Both the position numbers and the translations under genes were made by a program. Source: Zygnema circumcarinatum SAG 698-1b (taxonomy: Eukaryota > Plantae > Zygnematophyceae). From it: a DNA stretch of 64,000 nt. Under the pieces are notes generated by a model. The model was not told the origin of the DNA. It worked only from the letters and a program-made list of their open reading frames with translations, and made no database searches. Within the stretch, counting starts at the first letter, position 1. Each line of letters begins with the position of its first letter. The stretch spans positions 124,001 to 188,000 of the forward strand of contig CM074814.1 in assembly GCA_037447605.1 (NCBI GenBank). Reading direction: 5' to 3'. Below, in pieces: positions 54,970 through 64,000 of the stretch.

Positions 54970-55605
54970 AAGGAATATTGTCACGTATTCACATGAAAAT
55001 ACGTGATAGTACACGTGGGACATTCCTGACCGTTCGATAGAAATTCGTTTTCGGGGTTCAGGTTCATCTCAGCTGTTGCTCGCTCGTTTGGAATAAAGCA
55101 CAGTGTGAACGCTCAATTTTCCGAGTCTTTTAGATACGAGCGCCCCCTGTGAACGCGCACCAAGTGGCTCGGATTTTTCCCTTTCCGCCCGCCGGCAGCT
55201 CCGCCCGGTTCAAAACTTTACCTCCACCGTTGCAGGCGGTTCCAAATTTGGCGCTCCAAGGAAAGCTCTCTTCAAGGGAGGAGGCCGCTCCCTTCCATGG
55301 CAGCATCCGATCGGGACGTTTCAGGCCTGCAAAAGGCCTCGGAATATGTCAGCAATGTGTCAGCAATGATGGCTGCATTCCATCTGTATGGACTTATATT
55401 GCATCTTGAATGTCTGGATGCAGGCTGGAATCTGTCCACTCGCGCATCTGGATGTTTGATGGTTAAAGCAGGAGCCTTTCCTTAAGGAAAACAAAGATAA
55501 TCATAAGTTTTCTGAATCTTATTGAGGCGGTATTGTGTGTTTTATTTCGGAAGCGTTGAAGGAAGGGCGAACGTAGAGGGTTCCTGTGAGGAGAAAAACC
55601 AGAAA

Positions 55606-58600
55606 ATGGTGCATGTTGGATGGGAGGGATGGGTAACCCTCGGGCTTATATTATTGATGTTAGTGCTTCTGGTTGTGGAGGTCGCTCCTCCTTACATGGT
55701 TATGATGGGAGTCCTGATCCTGTTCTTGCCCCTCGGAATTCTGACTGTGGAAGAGGCGTTTCATGGCTTTTCGGATGAAGCCATGCTATCCATAGCGGTT
55801 CTTTTTATTGTCGCAAAAGGTAAACTCTCTTCATGCGCATTCTTCCAGATATTTTTCCCGAGCTTGAATCAGCGTTTGACGATTTGCATGTGCCGGGCTT
55901 CGCAAAATAGCAGCACACGATTCTCCGAACCGCTCTCATTTTTGCCGGTCGATTTCTTCGTTTCATAAACTTAACTATCAATTATCGGCATTCAAACTTT
56001 TCTCGATCAGAAAGTGGCGGCAAGGTAGTGTCAGTCAAGCTAGTTTAAGAAATCTTAATTTTGCATGTTTTTGCAAAAATGATGAACATCTTGTCCCTAT
56101 GACGGAAACGACATCAATGCAGGGGAAGTGTAGAGGAAATAGAAATTAGAAACGGAAATTTCGGGAGCTCACAGACTGAAGATAACCGTTGCCAACGCAC
56201 CTCGGTTGTTGCTTACCATTTCACATCAAAATTTGAATTTCTGAGAAGTAAAAGTAAATCATAACTACAAGAATTAAAATGTAGTGGCTATCTAGCGCTT
56301 AATCAATGCTTGGCGCTTAATCAATGATTGGCTTTGAAACTAAAATCGCGGTCCAGAGAGAACGCTGTGAAGCTTATTCTGCCACCGTTTGTATCATTGA
56401 CTTCATCAATTTTTTTAAATCGCGGGTCAGAATCGAAAAACGCAATAATATTTCTACATATGCTTTAGGCAAAAGTGAACTTACTACAACTGTTAGCTTA
56501 CTTTGTTGTTGATCCGAGTTCCTATCTTGCAATTCACCAGGAATTGAAACTTCTGGTGGGCTCGAATACGTGTCAAGGCTTCTGTTCAGCACCAAGAACA
56601 AGGACGACAAGAAGCCTTCGAGACCGAGCGATGACAGCATCGTGTGGGTGCTTCTGAAGTTCAGCATTCCTGTGGCGATCTTCAGCGCCTTCCTCGCCAA
56701 CATCCCTCTCGTAGCCATGATGATTCCCCCCATTGTCGAGTATGCGAGGAAGGTAAGCTTTGCATCGCCAAACACGCATGGTGTAAACAAAAAACCCAAA
56801 AAACAAGCATTATTTGCAGTTTTCCGAGCAAACAAGTCGATACTACACAACGGAGCAGCAAAAAAAATCGCCTTTTCCTGAAAGGAATGTATCTATCTCA
56901 GGTAAATATGGCTCCGTCGAAGATGCTCCTGCCCCTCAGCTACGCCGCTCTGCTGGGAGGAACCTTGACTCTTATTGGAGCAAGCACAAACCTTATGGTG
57001 CTCTCCATGGCTGCCAAGAAGCTGCCCGACCTGCACATGAACCTTTTCGAAATTGGAATCGTTGGAGTTCCTGCAACAGTCGCCGGTATTCTGTACATCA
57101 TCGCTCTCGCCGGCAAACTTCTCCCCGACCGCCTCGCCATGCAAGCCACCAATATCAACGCAAGGTAAGGAGGCAGAGAAAAGGCGAGTACGAGAATCGG
57201 TGCATTGTTTGGAATTCTTTAAGTCTAGCAATCACCACCATTCAAAATGTGAATTTCGCCCTTTTGCTTCTGCGGGTCTCAGGGAGTACGCTGTTGTGCT
57301 TGTAGTCAAGCCCTCCTCCACCTTGTGCCGCAAAACGGTGGAGCAGGCCGGCCTTCGAAGGCAGCCCGGCTTAAGTCTGCTCTCAATTGAACGAGCAGGC
57401 GAACTATTTACGACTCTAGACCCAACATTCCCCATCATGCCAAAAGATCGCCTTCATTTCTGCGGAGTCATCGATTCAGTGCTGTCTCTCACACAGCTCG
57501 ATGGGCTGGCTCTCTCCGAAGATGAGGTGAAAATATTCACAATCTCGATAAGAATTAACAGAGCAGCAGCCCAATTCTTGCTTCAGAAAAAACAAGTTAG
57601 CCGCATTCTGGTGCCTTTGTCTGACAGTCTTTTGGCCTTTTGGTTCACCTTTTTTGGCAGGGTCAAGAGCAGGTGGATCTCAACCGCCTGAAGGTTAACC
57701 AGTGCCTCGTGGAGGCGGTGGTCGCCAGTGGATCCTCCATGGTGGGTAAACGAGTAGCGGATTTGCAGTTCCGAACTCGCTACAAAGCTGCCATTGTAGC
57801 AGTCCATCGCCATGGAACTCGAATCAATAGGTAGGAATAAGAGTCTCTCTCCCTTCCTGAAACTTCAATCTCTCTCTTCTTGGAATAGTATCTCTCTGTT
57901 CTTTAATCACTGCTTGTAACTCATGGTATTAATTTTCACGTGCTGCTCAGTGGTGGTATTCATGATGATTTTTTCCTTTATGGCTGCAACGAGTGTACTT
58001 TGAGTAATCTTTTTGTTTCCCGCGTTCACATTCATTGCAGCGCAACCGGAGAAATCGAGCTCGAGGCCGGCGACTCTCTTCTTATGGTGGCGGATGGCTC
58101 GGAATTCGTATCAAAGCATCGCAACAACTCCACATTCGCTCTTGTTTCCAAGGTATGAAATTCCGCTCGTCTCTCTTCTTTTTGCAAGCTTAAGCATTGT
58201 TCGGGACGTGAGGTCTGCTCTCAATGTGAGCAGATACGCAAAAGCAAGAGAAGGGACGAAGAGAGGGGCTTGCTATTTTTTTCCTATAATTTTTTTTTTT
58301 GTGTGATTCTTTGCAGCTTCCGGGATTCACTCCAGTGCAGAGAAGAAAGGCAGTCATTGCAGCTCTGCTTGTTCTATCCATGGTGGTGCTCAGCGGATTT
58401 GGCGTAAAGCTTATCACCGCTGCTCTCTTCACTGCCGGAGGGCTGCTCATTTCTGGAAGCATGACTTCCTCTGATGCAGTTGTGAGGACTTTTCTCAAAT
58501 CCTGCCTCCAAATCTGCCTTTTTTATGCCTTAACATAAGCTGAATCCACGTAAGCACAAAGGCTGAACGATGGGCACGTCAGAAATGCAAGTTGTCAACA

Positions 58601-60920
58601 ATCCACTCCAGTAATCCCCCCCAAACTGTCCATATCTCTCTCCCCCTCTCTCTCAACATACATCCAGGCTCTCCCTCACTCTCTCTCCCTCCCTCACTGC
58701 ACTGATTTCCTCCCCTGACACCCTTCTACCCTAATTGCCACCATGGGGATGTCCGGCCTTTTGTAATTGGAAGACAAAACAGAAATCACATAGTAAAAAA
58801 TTATTGCTTTGCTGGGCCCCTTCCCCCCAGGGCTCTCTTGAGCTGCCCGTCCTTGTCATGATCGCCGCCGCATTCGGAATTTCCGAAGCGCTGGTAAGCA
58901 GCGGAGCGGCAGATCTCGTGGCGCAGGTCCTTATGGGCCTCGCGGGCGGCACACAGGTGGGCGGGAAACTAACAAAGAAAAACTCTAAGAAATTGAAGTA
59001 AAGGGAAAGGAAAAGCCTTGGGAAAGGCAGAATGCAAATGCCCAATACATCAATTCGTTGGACCTCCGTCCTTCGATTGATCCCGACTGAACTTTACATT
59101 GTTATTTTGGATGCTCGATCCATGCATCTATGTGGATTGGCATGCTACTTCTTTGCCTGTAACGTGCTCGTTTTTCAAACACCAGCAAGATTCTATCCCT
59201 CGTAATTTTTCTCTCGATTTCGGGTTTGAATTTTTGCGGGTTGCGTGCCTTGCGAAGACATTCCAATAACACGCTTCTTTTTTTCTCCTATTTCTCCCTC
59301 TTCTTCTTCTTCGTTTTCTCCTTCCTCTCTTCTTCTTTCCCTTCCCTCCCCCCCCCTTCCTCCCTATCTGCCCTCCCTCCCCTTCCTCACGTTTTCCCCT
59401 CTCCCTCCCTTCCTCCCCCATCCCTCCCTCACTCCCCTCTTTCCCCGCCTTCCCCCCCACTTTTCCCCTTCTCCCCTCCTTCCCTTCCTCCAACCCCTCT
59501 CCTTCGACCCTCCCTCCCTCCCTGCCCCGTCCTCCTCCCACTCCATCCCTCCATTCCCCCATCTCCCTCCCCCCCCCCTCCCCATCCCNNNNNNNNNNCC
59601 CTTCTCTCCCCCCTCCCCTCCCTCCCTCCCCAGTTCGGCCTCCTTGTATGCACGTACGTGGCGACGGCGGTGTTCTCTCTTGCCATCACGAACAACGCGG
59701 CCGTCACGATCATGTTCCCGGTCGCGTTGGCCGCCGCGCAGGCGAGAGGGTTCGACTTCCGCCCCTTCGCGTACACGCTCATGATGGCGTCATCCGCGGG
59801 CCTGATGACGCCCACGGGCTGCGCCACCAACATCATGGTCTACGCGCCGGGGGGGTACAAGTTCGCCGACTACATGGTCTTCGGAGGACCCCTGCAGGTG
59901 CGTCTCGCCGCCTACCCCCTCCCTCTCCCTCTCCCACCTTTCTCCCTCTCCCTCTCGCTCTCGTTCGCACTCTCTCGCTCACGCTCATTTTATCTTTCCC
60001 CTTCGCCCTCTCTCTACCACACTCGTTTATGAGGCAAAGTCGTTTGGTGCAAAGTTGTTTCTCTCTCCCGAATACCTCTCAATCTTTCTCCCGCTCTCGC
60101 CCTCTCCTGCTCTTCCCGTTCTTTCCAATCTCCCTACTCTCCCTTTCATGGCCAAGTCTCTCCAAGTATCCCGCTCCTCTCTAAGCGAAAGGCAAAGCAC
60201 AATTCACAATAAACTATGTTCCTTGTTTTGGTCATTCACTCTCACAGATTTGGCTCCTTTTTGTTACAATTGGAGTCACGGTGACGCTCCGGTTTTGGTG
60301 GCTCTGGTGGCTCATCCTCATCGGCCTCACAGTCGGCTTGACGCCACTCTGCGCCAAATTGGTACGAGAGAAGTGGGCCATTTCCATTTTTTTCCATACT
60401 CGGTTCCTAAAGAAAAGCATTGTTTACGTGCTATATCTATTCATATGCCCTTGTCTCTCCCCACTCTCCCTCTCCCTTTTCCTCAAGAGGGAGGCATCGT
60501 CGTGTACGCCAAACCTTGCTGTAGCTATTCACAGCCCCTTCTGCTCACCTCCCTCTCCCACTCACTCCCTTCATTTCGCTCTCTCTCCCGGCAATAGAAT
60601 ATAGGCTTTCCACATGCAAAGCCACAGGCACCATTGTCTGCTATCATTCCTTTAGTGGCCCTCATTTTGATAATCAGTATTGATATCGTCATTCTCTATA
60701 TAAACGTAGCTCTCATATTGAGCTTTTGTATCCTCTTCTTTTGTGTGAATTGCGGCAGAGTTGGAACCTTCCCAAGAGCGCAAAGAGCGGTCCGGAAGAT
60801 ACCCCTCTTTCAAAGCAAATGGAGGACCCCTCCTCGCCGCAAGCGATCAAGCGAGCCGACTCCTCCTCCCCCGCTATCCTCTCTCCCGTTGTGGGCGACG
60901 TAGAGTTTGGTTCCAATTAG
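55606..60920 (+). CDS. SLT: SLC13/CitMHS-family transporter with TrkA-C (RCK-C) domains; SLT/SAC1-like sodium/sulfate cotransporter, ~11 exons
   Basis: WEGWVTL, GFSDEAMLSIAVLFIVAKG, SAFLANIPLVAMMIP, PLSYAALLGGTLTLIGASTNL, TrkA-C segments KTVEQAGLRRQPGLSLLSIER and GKRVADLQFRTRYKAAIVAVHR, ITNNAAVTIMFP, TPTGCATNIMVYAPGGYKFADY. Confidence 0.9.
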
Positions 60921-61548
60921 AGAGCGAGAGCGGGAGAGAGGGAGAGAGGGAGAGAGGGAGAGAGGGAGAGAAAGGGGGAGAGAGGGGTAGTAAGGGTTAT
61001 CCAGTCAGCGTTTCATTAGAGTCCAGGAAAATGTGAGCCCCACATTAGGAAATCCAGACTGTGGGCACGTGATTGGACAGCAAGAAGCTTTCAATTAGTG
61101 AATGTTAGTTGAAGATAGTTAGGAGAGAGGGATGCCTTTCAATATGCTTCTCTGAGGGAGGGCAAGCGAGCGCAGGCACAGGCGGCGGACCATGTTCATT
61201 TGTTCGAGCGCTACTTCAAGCGGTCGCGGTGGGCTGCTGCTCGACACATTATTTCTAATGCTGTTGTTACCAGAAGCTTATGTAGAAGCACCTACCGCAG
61301 GTTGTGCTGCTCACTATGACAGCTTGCTTTCAAAAAAATGCTCTTGATTTTCAGACTTCTATCAAATTTAATTTCAATTGCACGTCATTTTTGTAGGGAA
61401 GTGAATCGTCATTGAACTGCAACTCTCAACTTTCATTTCTTTCCTTCATTTGATTGTTTCGCCAGCCGCCGATCGTCATTCAATTTCTTTGTTGTTTGGT
61501 GAAAACATCTAAAGTTAAACTAACGGTATAGAAAGTTGTGTGTCATCC

Positions 61549-61621
61549 GGGGGCGTAGCTCAAATGGTAGAGCGCTCGTTTCGCATACGAGAGGTAACGG
61601 GATCGATGCCCGTCGCCTCCA
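61549..61621 (+). tRNA. tRNA-Ala(CGC), second isodecoder
   Basis: GGGGGCG...CGCCTCCA, G3:U70, anticodon stem CTCGT/ACGAG with TT-CGC-AT loop, T arm ACGGG-ATCGATG-CCCGT. Confidence 0.96.
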
Positions 61622-62436
61622 CTTCATTCCAGTTCATCTTTTGGCCTACTTTGGATCTCCGGTTCCGCGATGGCCCCGACACAATTTTTTTTAAAACGCG
61701 AAACTTACTTTCGTTCCCATCAATCCGTCTTCATACGTTTGCTGTCAACTTCTGTCAACGTTTCAGAACCATTAGACGGTGGACCAATCAGACCACCAAT
61801 TAGACCACCAATTAGACCAATTGGTGGTTTTGGACCAGTCAATGCAAAATATGCTTTTACAGTTGCAGTCAAAAAAAAAAAGGTTAATTAATAGAGGTTG
61901 GAAGTGTTCAATTAGCATTGGCTCTGCATATGAACTGTGTTCTGTCCGCTATGAGTGTGCCTTTGTCTCGCTGTTGAACTGCTGCTCTACAAAATGGTCC
62001 TTCATCGAAACATTAGCGAGCAGAGGTTTGGAACAACATTCATATACATGTCACTTTTTTCTCATTTCAACTCTTGACATTTGATGATGTTTGAGACTGT
62101 GTAACGTCCAGCAACTGATCAATTGTAGTCTAAAGGGGAACTAACTTCATTTCCAAAAACAGGATCGAGTTTCTCTACGTCCTCGCACCCAAAACTCATC
62201 CCTGGAAATGCGCTCGTCTACACTAAAGCCTGATTCCTGTTCAAAACAGATGAAGAATCAGTCCTCGTATTGACAAGAAGTTACACTAACTGTGCTATCT
62301 CCCATGTACAGCAAATATAACATTAACGCAAATAGACCCCCCGAACCTTTCGAACAGAGGCAGAGCTCCCTGTAAGCTTTAAGATCAACCTCAAAGATCA
62401 ACCTCAAAGAAACCTCGATGACTGCACACAGGAGGA

Positions 62437-63999
62437 TCAACCCAAAGAGTTCAACTGCAGTTCCAGCCTCTTTGCTGCCCTCAGGGCCTCCAAAGCCTCC
62501 GCACTATTCCCCGCCTTCTTGAATTGCAGAGCTTTAACTTTTTCCGCCCGAATCTGTCCCTCCAAACTTTGTCTGTCCGCCACTCCAACGCCTGCCTTAG
62601 CTCCCTCCGGCTCTGTCGGAGCGACAGGTGTTACCCCAGGATTGGCTTGCCCCTTACTTGCCGGTCCTGCAGCTTGCTTCTGCGGAACCGGTTGGGTATT
62701 TGCAGGTTGATTCTTTGAACTGACCGTTGAACCACTCCGAACAGAACCGGCCCCACCTCCCCCTCCACCCCCTCCTCCTCCTAACCCTAAACTCCGTAAA
62801 TTTGCCATCAATTGTGCGTCAAATCCATCATCATCATCGTCATCATTTTCAAAAAGAAAGCTTGGTGGGGGTGGAAGCTTAGCAGCAGGTTTCACAGGTG
62901 CTGAAGCTGCACTGCCACTAGGGCCTACCTTAGCAGTCCCTCGACCCCCTCCTGCAGCTTGCTTCTGCGAAACCGGCTGGGTATTTGCCGGTTGATTCTT
63001 TGAACTGACAGTTGAACTATTCCGAACAGAGCCGGCCCCTCCTCCCCTTCCACCCCCTCCACCCCCTCCTCCTCCTAACCCTAAACTCCGTAAATTTGCC
63101 ATCAATTGTGCGTCCAGTCCATCATCATCATCGTCATCATTTTCAAAAAGAAAGCTTGGTGGGGGTGGAAGCTTTGCAGCAGATCTCACAGGTGTTGGAG
63201 CTGCACTTCCACTAGGACCTAACTTAGCAGGATTACTAGTCGATATTTGAGAGAGAGATGACTTTTCTTCTGTTACTTTAGCGGTTCCCAAGCCTGCTTC
63301 CGAGCCAGAATTTCCTGAACTCTCTTCACTCAGAACCTTCCTAGAAGGTCCTCCACCCTGCCCTTGGACTTCCAGTAACTTGGCTGCTTTCAGCTCCTTC
63401 ATGGCCTCCTCCAGATTCCCCTCCTTCTTAAAAGCGAGAGCTTTCCGCTTATGCGCCAATATCCTCTCTGCTATTGGAATCTCCGATGGCTGTGTAACCA
63501 AATCTTTCTGCTCTCTCTCGCCCTCTCCCGTGGGTCTATTGTCTACATTCTCTGCCTGAGTCGTACTAACTGATACCCCACTTTCTTGTTTAACTTGATC
63601 ATCAACGTTACGCATCAAGTCTGGAGGTGAACCGAAAGAGTCTAAATAGCCCTCCTTTTTGTGGGAATTAATTGAAGGATTCTCTGAAGATAACACCCTT
63701 AGCTTGTCACTTTCAAAGCTACCACTGTGGTCGGTCCCACTCACCATTAGAGTGGGAGCTTGCTGGGTCACACCTGAAGTTAAAAATGAAGCATCTTTTG
63801 GCTTTTCATTTGAGCTTAGACTAGGAGCAGTTTCAGGATTCAAACCTGACTTCCAAGCCACAACTTTCCCCTCCAAAAGTCTCGCCTTTGCAAGCTCTTC
63901 TCTCGCTCCCACAATATCTCCCTCTCTCTTCAAAGCGAGGGCCCTTCTCTTGAAGGCCATGATGTCAGCCTCCATCTGAGGGATACTCCCTCCTCCGTC
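62437..63999 (-). CDS. FYVE4: C-terminal exon of a FYVE4 (At1g61690)-like protein with DM14-like helical repeats; continues beyond the window
   Basis: Repeats KRRALALKREGDIVGAREELAKARLLE, KRKALAFKKEGNLEEAMKELKAAKLLE and IRAEKVKALQFKKAGNSAEALEALRAAKRLE. The FYVE domain itself is outside the window. Confidence 0.8.
   Translation of the reverse strand, partial: DGGGSIPQMEADIMAFKRRALALKREGDIVGAREELAKARLLEGKVVAWKSGLNPETAPSLSSNEKPKDASFLTSGVTQQAPTLMVSGTDHSGSFESDKLRVLSSENPSINSHKKEGYLDSFGSPPDLMRNVDDQVKQESGVSVSTTQAENVDNRPTGEGEREQKDLVTQPSEIPIAERILAHKRKALAFKKEGNLEEAMKELKAAKLLEVQGQGGGPSRKVLSEESSGNSGSEAGLGTAKVTEEKSSLSQISTSNPAKLGPSGSAAPTPVRSAAKLPPPPSFLFENDDDDDDGLDAQLMANLRSLGLGGGGGGGGGRGGGAGSVRNSSTVSSKNQPANTQPVSQKQAAGGGRGTAKVGPSGSAASAPVKPAAKLPPPPSFLFENDDDDDDGFDAQLMANLRSLGLGGGGGGGGGGAGSVRSGSTVSSKNQPANTQPVPQKQAAGPASKGQANPGVTPVAPTEPEGAKAGVGVADRQSLEGQIRAEKVKALQFKKAGNSAEALEALRAAKRLELQLNSLG
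62667..63228 (-). repeat. In-frame tandem duplication (~270-290 bp unit) inside the FYVE4-like exon
   Basis: Two copies of GPSGSAA...KLPPPPSFLFENDDDDDDG.DAQLMANLRSLGLG(n)...STVSSKNQPANTQPV.QKQAAG. Confidence 0.9.
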
Positions 64000-64000
64000 C

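Overview
Eukaryotic, intron-rich, gene-dense green-plant DNA. It is most likely from a non-vascular streptophyte (charophyte alga or bryophyte). That is inferred from land-plant-like gene families plus an SLT/SAC1-like TrkA-C transporter. It is a draft assembly with five 10-N gaps. Gene content in order: the 5' end of an unknown Cys-motif protein (-); an SF1/BBP-like KH + zinc-knuckle protein (+); GILP/LITAF (-); BIO3-BIO1 (-); a TEY MAP kinase (-); a HIG1-domain protein (-); a peroxisomal copper amine oxidase (-); tRNA-Ala(CGC); mitochondrial ATP10 (-); a candidate 70-aa two-exon orphan gene (+); a mitochondrial two-RRM-like protein (-); a TAAC/PAPST-type carrier (+); an SLT-type Na/sulfate transporter (+); a second tRNA-Ala(CGC); and the 3' end of a FYVE4-like gene (-). 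Intergenic regions hold five non-autonomous TIR elements: two Mutator-like elements with perfect TSDs, two related ~146-bp MITEs, and one TA-flanked Tc1/mariner-like MITE. The most notable unexplained structures are dense GTAC (SBP/CuRE-core) arrays at many promoters and inside the TEs, a (TTCAG)n array of potential decoy 3' splice sites in an ATP10 intron, very long sense-strand polypyrimidine intron tracts, tandem-TIR Mutator architecture, and the orphan peptide. Family assignments come from recalled motifs, not from database searches. I cannot demonstrate a single clearly novel system.
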